Shown here: in pieces, positions 13,035 to 24,504 of the stretch
Position numbering within the stretch: position 1 is the first letter of the stretch
Layout: every line of letters begins with the position of its first letter
Assembly: GCF_964213995.1 (NCBI RefSeq)
Contig: NC_135830.1
Location: forward strand, 12,462,001 to 12,526,000
Direction: 5' to 3'
Source: Mustelus asterias
Lineage: Eukaryota
Length of the DNA: 64,000 nt
Translations under genes and position numbers: made by a program
The notes under the pieces: generated by a model
The model's database searches: none
Told to the model about the DNA's origin: nothing
What the model saw: the letters and a program-made list of their open reading frames with translations, nothing else

Positions 13035-13925
13035 GGGGCTTGGTTATGAGGAGAGATTGGGGAAACTGGGGTTGTTCTCCTTGGAAAGACGGAGGATGAG
13101 GGGAGACTTAATAGAGGTGTATAAAATTATGAAAGGCATAGATAGGGTGAACGGTGGGAAGCTTTTCCCCGGGTCGGTGGTGACGTTCACGAGGGGTCAT
13201 AGGTTAAAGGTGAAGGGGGGGAGGTTTAACACAGATATCAGAAGGACATATTTCACACAGAGGGTCGTGGGGGCCTGGAATGTGTTGCCGGGCAAGGTGG
13301 TGGAGGCGGACACACTGGGAACGTTTAAGACTTATCTAGACAGCTATATGAACGGAGTGGGAATGGAGGGATACAAAAGAGTGGTCTAGTTTGGACCAGG
13401 GAGCGGCGCGGGCTAATTGTTCCTGGTTTCTCGTGTCAAGGCTTCATTCTATGATCATCTTGCTGGTGCCAGTACAGAGCGAGACTGCGGATAGTTGGGA
13501 ACCTGTCACGGGGGCAGGGAATTCATATGGTGTTCGTGGAAGTGGAAATGACTAGGGTTGGGAAGCATTTTCCGATCAGGGCCATTGTGATCTCCTGGAC
13601 TCGTTTCGATCGCCTCAGGGGGTCGGAGACGAATTTCCCAGATTTTTTTTTTCCCCATATTGGCCCTGGGGTTTTTCACTCTGGGTTTTCGCCTCTCCCT
13701 GGAGATCACATGGTCTGGAATGGGGGGGGGTAGGGGTGAGTTAATGAACAAAGCATCGTAGCTGTGAGGGACAGCTCGGTGGATAGGATATTGGTATGTA
13801 GATAGGCTGGAAAATTGGGCGGGGATCCTGGATTCAGGATTCAATCCTGGACCGGGGAGCGGCGCGGGCTTGGAGGGCCGGAGGGCCTGTTCCTGTGCTG
13901 TATTGTTCTTTGTTCTTTGTTCTTT
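13035..13925 (+). mobile_element. Young CR1 copy with extended 3' UTR
   Basis: Near-identical to 18740-19165 and 21720-22157 but with ~456 extra nt associated with 23-bp direct repeats. Confidence 0.9.
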
Positions 13926-14324
13926 GAAAGTTGGTTAGATCCTCTCTTTTTAGAGATGGTCAATGCCTGGAACTTGTGGGACGTGAATAGTGTTTGCACT
14001 TATCGGGCCAAACCTAAGTATTGTTCAGGTCTTGCTGCAGTTGGGCATAGACCAAATGTCTCATTCGAGACAGTGGAGTGTCATCCTGAAATTGAAGAAT
14101 TTGAATGATTTCCTCACCAGAAAGCCCACTCTCACTGAGTGAATGTTTCTTCATTCGGATAGGTTATGCCCTGACTGTCAATATGTCTGAGCAAAGTCGC
14201 TGTCAGGAATTGCAAAGCCCAGGGCAACCTCGCTCACATGCTTCATTTCCTGCTCTCGTTCTGACATGTCTTGCCTGCAGTCTGCTATTTGTTTGATCGC
14301 TGTAGCAACTGTAAACAGGTGTGA

Positions 14325-14363
14325 GGTTTTTGTACAGTGACTGCCGTATTTCCTCTCAGTGTG
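14325..14363 (-). other. 23-RSS
   Basis: Minus strand CACACTG + 23 nt + ACAAAAACC. Confidence 0.9.
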
Positions 14364-14769
14364 GGCATTAATGCACAGCAGTATCCACGCTCTCCGTGTC
14401 TTCAGTAATCAACTGACCCAATTTGCCCGCAGTGGAAAGTTTCAACTCCAATCAGGCATTTTCTCTTTGCCATCCGAGAATCTGCTTATTATCCACTTAC
14501 GTCCCTGATCGGGTTTTTTGCCTGTGCCAATACATTCCACAAATACTGGACATGCCATAGCTGCAATTTATCTGTGCCGAATCCCCGCTCTGGACTGTTT
14601 TCGCTGTGTGAGTTTGTGAAACTTGGTCCGAGTGACATCGACCTATGAAAACATTCAGACAATGAAGCAGTGGAGCAAAATTAGTATAAATATACAGATT
14701 CACAAGTTATAGAACAAGCATCCTGCACTTAAAAGTTAGCATCACCAGAATGACAAGGAATAGATTCAT
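14364..14769 (-). pseudogene. TRAV/DV: Inverted TCR V pseudogene (leader ~14733-14769, exon 14364-14642)
   Basis: Leader MNLFLVILVMLT with donor GT changed to TT; exon SDQVSQTHTAKTVQSGDSAQINCSY...MYWHRQK then frameshifts, ending ..YCCALMP. Confidence 0.85.
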
Positions 14770-16664
14770 TTGCACCGTGTGATACAAAAGCATTGTCAAT
14801 AGGAATACGGGGCACAGCTCACAGCAGAAGGGCACGAAGTGAATCAACATCTTCAATATTCCGCTAATGTAAGATGCATCAGATAAAGTTCCAGACACTC
14901 GGTTTCTCTGCAGTTTGATGGGCTGGAATCAGATTCTGCTCGTCCGTTGTAAGGATGTGGGTTGTTGATCCGCTGCTGCTTCTCTTTCGGGTCACGTGTG
15001 AACAGGTCAATTGTCTATAAACCAGGACGCTACTTTACTGCAGTAACTGTAAATTATAAAAGTGGTTAAGGATTAACTGTTCACCAATGAAGGCATTGAT
15101 TTCAAACTGAGTTTTGCCCTCATTTTAAAGTTATATATGATAAATGCATAATCAATGATATGTTGGAAATATTTTACCTGATTTACTTTTGCAAATTTAA
15201 TTGATTCTCCTTGGTTTCAAACAGTGCCATTTCCTCAAATCTCCGAGTCCCTCCTCATTTCATTTCTATTTGTGTAACTTGGACAGCAGCTGTTCAAGTC
15301 AGCAGCTCAGTGCCACATTCTCATGAGCAAATAGGGATCCCCTTTTTCCCACAATCAGTAACAATATCCCCACTTTAAGTCTCTAACGGACCAATATTAC
15401 TCCTGATCACCTTCTTTCCCTTTATGTAACTAATATTTCCTGATTGATCTCGATCTGCTTTGCAAGTTTCATTTCATAATCCATTTTACTAGCTCTTCTA
15501 TGTTGCTTCATAGACCTTTGCAGGTCTTTGGGCTTTTCGGAGGTGGTTGAATTATCACTCTTGCTTTATTAGTGCGAGAGCGCATATTTGTGACATTAAC
15601 TGGAACTTTCGATGTGCAATGTTGTACCGAATCCGGTGTGTCTCGGCAGCAATTTGGGGTTAAGGCACAGAAATAGCGGGAGCGGATATGAGAGCTTTTT
15701 ATATCATTAATTCTTTAATGTCTGCTGCTTTACTAAGTATAGAAGCGTATTGCTGTGTAAAGCCGGGGTTCCGCTTTGCTTTCCCTCCACAGAGCTGAAA
15801 CACAGACTGTAGAAATGCCCATGTTCTATTTGTACCGAACACATAAGGACTTGGTTTGTTTACAGGATGGAATTTGTGGTAAAATGATCCCCCTCTTCAA
15901 CCATCATTTTAGGCATCGACTCCTCCGTTGACCTGGATAATGAATATTTATCACTACATCAGCATTTGTTAAATAAAAATGTTTGGGATACGGCAGCCGG
16001 GTGAGGGCGGGGCACTAAGGAGAGTTCATTTTACTGGGAAACATCTACTTAATCTGAAGTGATATAACAATTAGTGGTCTGCGATACTTCCACAGGATGT
16101 TCCCTATATCTTCGCAATTTGTGAAATTCTCTGTCAGGGTAGCAATATAAACCCCTCTCCATTGGACTGCGGATCCAAACAATGACAAACATAGAAAATT
16201 GGCAGCAATATCTCCAATAAAACAGGACAGGTGAGAAGGGTCAGTGTGAGAACAGCACAGGACAGTCTGGGCAGTGTTTTCACAGGTAGGATTTATCTAC
16301 AAGGAACTGAACTCAGTAACAAAGCAACATTGAAAAATTACATAACGTTGCCTCTCTGTAGCAAGTGTCGCTAACCTTCATTCCATTCTGCCGACCAATA
16401 GTTTCGTACCAACTTTGTTAGAGTCAGTAAATTATTCAATCCTCAACGAAATCTTCATCAAGCGCCTCACAAAAATCTTGCGTTGATTTTCCCGCTTGTA
16501 TATCTTTGAGATCCAGCTGCCTACACTCAGAAACCTTATTCTCTGATGAGCGGGATATGGCATTAATGTTTGCGTTCCCCCATATAAACACGTAGCCCTG
16601 GTTAAGAAACATTAGAGTGTGAGGGGCAACTCCCAGAGCTCCATCCGTGTGATATGCTGCAGGA

Positions 16665-16674
16665 AGTGACATCA
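16665..16674 (+). promoter_or_regulatory. TCR-V promoter decamer / CRE-like site
   Basis: AGTGACATCA ~100 nt upstream of the leader ATG at 16771; matches the CRE-like TCR V decamer; the paralog has TGTGAGGTCA at ~27115. Confidence 0.5.
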
Positions 16675-16770
16675 GAAATGTGGCTGCTCTGAGTCTGTGT
16701 TGTCCTGCAGGAGGTGACATTTGCTGTTTTACAATTCTATATTCTGCACCTTTCTGACACAGCAGCAGCG

Positions 16771-17779
16771 ATGCGGATCCCCATTCTCGCTGTGCTCTGG
16801 GCAGCTTTCTGTGTCGGTGAGAAATTTAAAACTTTTAAATGAAGATTAATTTCAGAGAATTAGATTTGAAAAGTAAATCGTCTATTTATCACTTGTATCG
16901 AAACTTGGTCAGACCACATGAGGAGTGTTAGGAAATAATGTCAGGGCACAGGAGAAAATGAGAAAAAAATCTTTAAGAAGGTGATACCGCAATTGGCATG
17001 AGCGAGCTATCAGCAATAATTGTGCTGGTTGAGGTTATTTGATCTCGCAAAGCGAGGTTGGAGGGACAGCCAGACAGAGGTCTTCAAATGTGATTGAAAG
17101 GTGGTTAATAGGTTAGTGCTGCAGAGTACTTTTCACTTCTGGATCATTGATTATGATAAATGCAATGATTCAAAGAGATGCAAAAGGGCATTGTGGACAG
17201 GCCTCCATACACAAAGTGTGTTTATAATCTGTACATCACTACCACAAGGGAAGCGAAATAAAGAGATGATGGAGAAAGAAATGGATGGAAATTCTGAGAG
17301 ATTGAGACGAAGTAAGGCGAATTACGCTCTCTAGGATTTAAAACAGACAGATCAATTTTGTAGAAAGCTTATTTTTCGAAGGTCTGTACTCCAACTTTTT
17401 GTATGTAATACTAACCACTAATTGTCACATTTCAGTTCAGTTGATTATTTGCACTTTTTAAACTGTGTGTTCCAGATCAGAGCGATGGAGATTCTGTTAC
17501 TCAGCGGGAATCCTCACTCACACCGCCAGAGGGAAAATATGTCACTTTAAGCTGCATCTTTACCGACGATGCTGATTATTTATTCTGGTACCGTCATTAC
17601 CCAGGCAGACAGCCCGAGTTTGCCGTCCGCCGGGACCCGAGCAACAGTTATGAATTCAAGGCCGATTTCGCACGGACCCGGTTTTCCGATAGAGTCCAGC
17701 AGTCAGACAAGTTGTACCGATTGACAATCTCGGAGCTGCGGTTGTCTGACACCGCGGTCTATTACTGTGCCCAGAGTCT
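16771..17779 (+). CDS. TRAV/DV: TCR alpha/delta V gene, apparently functional (leader 16771-16816, exon 17476-17779)
   Basis: Leader MRIPILAVLWAAFCV; open exon DSVTQRESSLTPPEGKYVTLSCIFTDDADYLFWYRHYPGRQPEFAVRR...RFSDRVQQSDKLYRLTISELRLSDTAVYYCAQS. Absent from the ORF track. Confidence 0.93.
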
Positions 17780-17818
17780 CACAGTGATGAGAACGAGTGA
17801 GATTCTCGTACAAAAACT
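17780..17818 (+). other. 23-RSS
   Basis: CACAGTG + 23 nt + ACAAAAACT. Confidence 0.97.
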
Positions 17819-18032
17819 GCCGCAGGTTTCTGGGTCACAGCTGCTGTCTGCTGAGGACTTTTTACAACAGCCAGTCACACACTGACACTGGAAAAGATTC
17901 CTGTGCACAAAGACCCAGAGAACAATCAGCAGAAACACCATCAGAAACGGTACAAACCGAACATTCTTTCTGCCTGATTATTGCCTTCAAGTCGTGGCTG
18001 CAAAACTGGCTGCCCGCCATTCACAACACAAA

Positions 18033-19167
18033 CTCCCTCATGGTAGGCTGGTGAAAAAGGTTGGATCTCATGGGATAAAGGGGGAGGTGGCTAGATGGGT
18101 GGAGAACTGGCTTGGTCACAGAAGACAGAGGGTGGTAGTGGAGGGTCTTTTTCCGAATGGAGTCCTGTGACTAGTGGTGTTCCGCAGGGCTCTGTATTGG
18201 GACCTCTGCTGTTTGTGATTTATATAAACGATCTGGAAGAAGGTGTAACTGGGGTGATCAGTAAGTTTACAGACGACACAAAATTGGCAGGACTTGCAGA
18301 TACTGAGGAGCATTGTCAGAAGCTACAGAAGGATATAGATAGGCTGGAAATTTGGGCAAAGAAATGGCAGATGGAGTTCAATCCTGATGAATGCGAAGTG
18401 ATGCATTTTGGTAGAAATATTGTAGGGAGGAGCTATACGATAAATGGCAGAACCATAAAGGGTGTAGATACGCAGAGGGACCTGGGTGTGCAAGTCCACA
18501 GATCCTTGAAGGTGACGTCACAGGTGGAGAAGGTGGTGAAGAAGGCATATGGCATGCTTGCCTTTATAGGACGTGGCACAGAGTATAAAAGTTGGGGTCT
18601 GATGTTGCAGATGTATAGAACGTTGGTTCGGCCGCATGTGGAATACTGCGTCCAGTTCTGGTCGCCACACGACCAGAAGGACGTGGAGGCTTTGGAGAGA
18701 GTACAGAGGAAGTTTACCAGGATGTTGCCTGGTATGGAGGGGCTTAGTTATGAGGAGAGATTGGGTAAACTGGAGTTGTTCTCCCTGGAAAGACGGAGAA
18801 TGAGGGGAGACTTAATAGAGGTGTATAAAATTATGAAAGGCATAGATAGGGTGAACGGTGGGAAGCTTTTCCCCAGGTCGGCGGTGACGTTCACGAGGGG
18901 TCATAGGTTCAAGGTGAAGGGGGGGAGGTTTAACACAGATATCAGAAGGACATATTTTACACAGAGGGTGGTGGGGGCCTGGAATGCGCTGCCAGGCAAG
19001 GTGGTGGAGGCGGACACACTGGGAACGTTTAAGACTTATCTAGACAGCCATATGAACGGATTGGGAATGGAGGGATACAAAAGAATGGTCTAGTTTGGAC
19101 CAGGGAGCGGCGCGGGCTTGGAGGGCCGAAGGGCCTGTTCCTGTGCTGTATTGTTCTTTGTTCTTTG
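18033..19167 (+). mobile_element. CR1 LINE, 5'-truncated, RT C-terminal frame open
   Basis: [21 protein letters not shown]...KFTDDTK...RGDLIEVYK (ORF 18095..19093); (ttctttg)n tail. Confidence 0.95.
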
Positions 19168-19919
19168 TTGCAGTTGGTTCCCTGAAACGAGCTCTGTCGA
19201 TGCAGTGAAATAGGGTAAACGGAAAGTAAGATAACACTGTTTAAAATATCAGTCTGCAATGTAGACAGGCTTACGCCAGGTCAAAATGTTGATAATTAAA
19301 TGAAACGTGTTAATTGTCCCTCACTGTTACAGAGATGTGGAAATTTTAACCGAACGGACCGCTACAATATCAGTAGGTTCTGAGTGTTGCTGCCACCTTG
19401 TGGGAGAGTTCAGAATTTCTACCTGTAATGTTCAGTTCCATTCAGAGCATGATTGTTCAGGAATTATTTTTACAAGAAATTCAAAAGCTTACACCAAACT
19501 ACCTTGTCAGTAAATTTTGCGTTGTTCGGTGTAAATGCTGTACTGAACTTTACTCTATGCTCTATATTTCCTATTGTAACCTTAAACTATGTTTCCTGTA
19601 TTCATTTATGAGACAATCTCCTTGTTTCGATTACAGCAGGATGGTTAACAACTGCCCAGACCGTATTTCTTCTCACAGGGCACAAACTAGTGTCTCAACT
19701 AATACTACACTGATCCCACATATCTGTTCATATTTCACTGGATCCAGTGCCTGTTTACATGATACTGGCGCTGTCTCCTTCCTTCAACTTTATTTGGCGT
19801 GTAATCCATTAGAGACGTTGTCGGTTGTTACTGGTCTGAGACCATGTCCATGTTTATATCGCAAATTTTTCCAACGTGTCTAAATTCTCTAAGACATTTT
19901 GAATTAGATTTGAATTCAG

Positions 19920-20240
19920 ATTATGACCTGAATGGCTGTAAATTGGGACAGGGGAGTGTGCAGTGGGACCTGGGTGTCCTTGTGCACCAGTCACTGAAGG
20001 TAAGCATGCAGGTGCATCAGGCAGAAAAGAGGGCAATTGGTATGTTGGCCTTCATTGCGAGAGGTTTCGAGTACAGGAGCGGGGATATGTTGTTGCAACT
20101 ATACAGGGCCTTGATGAGGCCACGGTTAGAGTATTGTGTGCAGTTTTGGTCTCCCTTTCTGAGGAAGGATGTTCTTGCTCTCGAGGGAGTGCAACAAAGG
20201 TTTACCAGGCTGATTCCGGGGATGGCGGGACTGATGTAAG
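19920..20240 (+). mobile_element. CR1 fragment
   Basis: DLGVLVHQSLK...LEYCVQFWSP...FTRLIPGM. Confidence 0.9.
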
Positions 20241-21186
20241 AGGTAAGAACAGACTGTTCCGAAAGCAAGTGGCTTTTGCTACCAAATAAACCAGTTGGAC
20301 TTTAACTTGGTGTTGTTAGACGTCTTAGGAAGTTGAAACAGCCAAAGGGATGTAATGAAGTCGAAAGTGACTCCGCCTCTCCGCCCATTTTTAAATCTTC
20401 AAACAATCGTGTCCTCTGGAAGGGGATCATGAACTTTCATAGGTGATCAGAGAGTTCCCTCCCGTGGATAGCACTGCCGCATATTGAAAACAGATACGCA
20501 CACAGGGCCACCTGCAAAGACTTACACACACACAGATATATAACCATATAGATATGTGCCCAGACACTGACATTAATTCTAACATTCCCTATTATGAATC
20601 CAGAATTAATCTGTTGATTTCTGACACAGATTAGTCTGAGTTGCTAACCATGATAATCCATAAATAACTCCGCCTCCGTTTTCACCAGAAGCCACGTATA
20701 CCGCACAGAATCAACACCAACACACGTACAGAGACAAGTGATAGATCCCCAAAACCGATCGACTCAAACATAGACACACAGACAATCACTAAGGAAGATA
20801 AACAAACAGATTAACATACAAAAGAGAAATGCAACCATTGATAAGGTCAAAATCGTGCTAGCTCCAGAGCAAACTTCCTGAACTGGAATTCCCTGGATTC
20901 ATGTCAGTGCGGCAATATTGATGGAACTGTCCATTTTAACAACAGGAACAGACAGAAAACTGTTTCTCATCAACGGTGATCATTGATTGACGCGAGACAG
21001 TGCACCCTTTTGGAGAATAAGTAATAATGGATGGATTTATTTTTTACAGCCAAGCATATTCTGGATGTGTCCATGACATGCGTGAGGTCGGTGCGGGGAA
21101 CACAGATTTCCCACTCATTGTGGAATCAGATGTTCGGGACACAGGAGGACAACAGAAGAAGACTGCTTCAGGTGTAGATGATTCAT

Positions 21187-22157
21187 ACTGTTTGTGATTT
21201 ATGTTAACGATCTGGAAGAAGGTGTAACTGGGGTGATCAGTATGTTTGCGGACGACACGAAAATAGCTGGACTTGCAGATAGTGAGGAACATTGTCAGAG
21301 GCTACAGAAGGATATAGATAGGCTGGACATTTGGGCAAAGAAATGGCAGATGGAGTTCAATCCTGATGAATGCGAAGTGATGCGTTTTGGTAGAACTAAC
21401 GTAGGGGGGAGCTATACGATAAATGGCAGAACCATAAAGGGTGCAGATACGCAGAGGGACCTGGGTGTGCAAGTCCACAGATCCTTGAAGGTGACGTCAC
21501 AGGTAGAGAAGGTAGTGAATAAGGCATATGGCATGCTTGCCTTTATAGGATGGGGCATAGAGTATAAAAGTTGGGGTCTGATGTTGCAGTTGTATAGAAC
21601 GTTGGTTCGGCCGCATTTGGAATACTGCGCCTACTTCTGGTCGCCACACTACCGGAAGGACGTGGAGGCTTTAGAGAGAGTGCAGAGGATGTTTACCAGG
21701 ATGTTGCCTAGTATGGAAGGGCATAGTTATGAGGAGAGATTGGGTAAACTGGGGTTGTTCTCACTGGAAAGACGGAGGATAAGGGGAGACCTAATAGAGG
21801 TGTATAAAACTATGAAAGGCATAGATAGAGTGAACGGCGGGAAGCTTTTTCCCAGATCGGTGGTGACGTTCATGAGGGGTCATAGGTTCAAGGTGAGGTG
21901 GGGGGGCGGGGGGGAGGTTTAACACGGACATCTGAAGGACGTATTTTACACAGAGGGTGGTGGGTGCCTGGAATGCGCTGCCGGGCAAGGTGGTGGAGGC
22001 GGACACACTGGGAACTTTTAAGACTTATCTAGATAGCCACATGAACGGTGTGGGAATGGAGTGATACAAAAGAATGGTCTAGTTTGGACCAGGGAGCGGC
22101 GCGGGCTTGGACGGCCGAAGGGCCTGTTCCTGTGCTGTATTGTTCTTTGTTCTTTGT
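21187..22157 (+). mobile_element. CR1 LINE, 5'-truncated (same subfamily as 18033)
   Basis: IYVNDLEEGVTGVISMFADDTK...; same 3' end. Confidence 0.95.
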
Positions 22158-22736
22158 TCTATTCTCCTCTGTTATATTTCATACCCAGTGGAAAGTTGCG
22201 GAGTGAATGTAGTTTCATTATATACAATTCAGAAATTATGTGGAGATGCTTCATCCGATTTAAAATCGTTGTGTAAATTCGATATGAAATCAATTGCATA
22301 AATAAATACATGTTTACATTGAAAACTATATCAGAAGCTAAATCCAATACCTCCTGCCACTGATTTAGGGAAACTTTTTTACATAAAGCACACTGTGCAT
22401 GGTTTCCACAGAAACTCCTTCTTCAAATGGGGAGTGGATAATGACTTGAAAGGAAGAAAAATCAGCTTCATGGAATGAGAGGAGGAAATTGAGATTATTA
22501 CAAAGAATAGGACTGCACAGGAGCAGGCCCTTCAGCCCACTAAGCCCGCACCGACACATTAGTTGCTTAGCTCCTCATAAAATAATTGGAATAGACCTGA
22601 TGGGTCGAAGGGCCTCTTATCGTTCTCTGCTATTGTCAACCATTGTCAATCATTGTTAGATCAATATGTCCACAGCATTCTTAATGCGTGTTGTAACATT
22701 TCAAGACAGGGCCATTGGGCTCCATGGATGCCAACA

Positions 22737-22810
22737 GTTTACATAGTGTTGTGGCGATTGCATTCACCTCACGCATGAAAGATCCCCTGTACAAAAACAA
22801 CCAGTAAACT
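22737..22810 (+). pseudogene. Highly degenerate tRNA-Val(CAC)-like sequence
   Basis: GTTTACATAGTGTTGTGG...TTCACCTCACGCATGAAAGATCCCC...GTAAAC aligns with tRNA-Val; followed by the same spacer as the copy at 5864. Confidence 0.6.
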
Positions 22811-24370
22811 TGAGGGTGAGGGAAGGCTGTGATTTCAGTTCGTTGTTGAACATTATCCGAATCCCGTTGTTGCAGACATATTATCTTTGATCTGAAATCG
22901 GTCTCAAATGCTTTCAGCAAAATCAGAAATCTTGTATGTTTATGACGCAGTGAGAGGAAATAGATGTTTCTATTTGGACGCCGTGCAAATATCAGCAACT
23001 CGTTCAGTCCACAACATAATCTAATGGTTTTACAGTTGAAGACTAATGTAGTTAATCACCATCTGAAACATGTTTAACAGTAGTGTGTGCTCAAAAAGAC
23101 AGGCACAAGTGAAACTGTAACTGAACAAGAGGAAATGGCGCACATTTTCCAGAAGCATCTTTTAAAATCGTTCATCGTATTAAAGAAATAGGAAAAAAAA
23201 CACTCATACAGATGAGGAAATCGAGACTCACTGCGGGATCTATTGGACTTTCCTCGAGATGAACGGGATTCAGACGCCAGAATGTTTCACACCCAGAATA
23301 AAGAGTGATCAAGTATAACTAACAGATCATTCTTAAATCCTTTCCCTTTAAATATACTTGATTTTGTTCAAAATGTCAATCTCAAATAAGTACCATGGCA
23401 TGTGTATTACCCAGTGACTCGATTTCTGTTGTTGGTCTGTCATGTTTGCGATTCAATGTTGCATATTACACAGATATTCAATTCAGAATGAGGACTTATG
23501 TAATTAATAAAACTGAATTCATATCAAACATTGAACAGCGAACAAGTACTGGGTGAAGGTGGGAAAGTCGTACGGAACCAATAGAAATGGCAGAGGTACT
23601 TAATGAGTATTTTGCCTCCGTTTTCACAGAAGAGAAGGACCTGGGTGGATGTACTGCGGGCTTGCGGTGGACTGAAAAGATTGAGTAGGTGGACTTTAAG
23701 AAATAAGTTGTGCTGGAATCTTTGAATGGCATCAAGATAGATAAGTCGCCGGGTCTGGATGGGATGTACCTCAGGTTGCTGTGGGAGGCGAGGGAAGAGA
23801 TTACAGAGCCTCTGGCGATGAACTTTGCGTCGTCGATGGAGACGGGAGAGGTGCCGGAGGATTGGAGGATTGCGGATGTGGTTTCTATTTTCAAGAAGGG
23901 GAATAGGGATAGCCCAGGAAATTACCGACCGGTGAGTCTAACCTCAGTGGTTGGTAAGCTGATGGAGAAGATCCTGAGGGACAAGATTCATGAGCATTTA
24001 GATAGGTTTAGTATGCTCAAGAATACTCAGCATGGCTTTGTCAAAGGCAGATCGTGCCTCTTGACTCTTCCACCATGGGAAAAAGCTTCTGACTATCCAC
24101 TCTGTCCATGCCTATCATAATCTTGCAGACTTCTATCAGGTCACCCCTCAACCTCCGTTGCGCCAGTGAGAACAAACCAAGTTTAGAACATAGAACAGTA
24201 CAGCACAGAACAGGCCCTTCGACCCACGATGTTGTGCCGAGCTTTCTCCAACCTCTCCTCATAACTAATGCCCTCCATACCAGGCAACATCCTGGTAAAT
24301 CTTTTCTGCACCCTCTCCAAAGCCTCCACATCCTTCTGGTAGTGTGGTGACCAGAATTGAGCAGATATCC

Positions 24371-24504
24371 CACTCACCTGATGAAGGAGCAGCGCTCCGA
24401 AAGCTAGTGGCTTTTGCTACCAAATAAACCTGTTGGACTTTAACTTGGTGCTTTGAGACTTCTTACTGTGTTTACCCCAGTCCAACGCCAGCATCTCCAC
24501 ATCA
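24371..24504 (+). mobile_element. Short Penelope-like element (pseudo-LTR unit) with hammerhead core
   Basis: cactcacctgatgaaggagcagcgctccgaaagctagtgg...aataaacctgttggacttt...ccccagtccaacgccagcatctccacatca; recurs at ~20258, 30418, 31180, 50813. Confidence 0.75.
24375..24409 (+). ncRNA. Minimal type I hammerhead ribozyme motif
   Basis: CAC-CTGATGA-A-GGAGC(agc)GCTCC-GAAA-GC-TA-GTG: both core boxes, stem II, palindromic AGCT stem III, UH site, CAC/GTG stem I. Confidence 0.75.

Noticed and set aside
18095-19093. 332-aa ORF as a host gene or active LINE
   Set aside because: 5'-truncated CR1 RT tail with near-identical sister copies; no ORF1 or endonuclease.
22791-22799. ACAAAAACA resembling an RSS nonamer
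   Set aside because: No CAC heptamer at 12 or 23 nt; lies in the decayed T-arm of a tRNA-Val-like copy.
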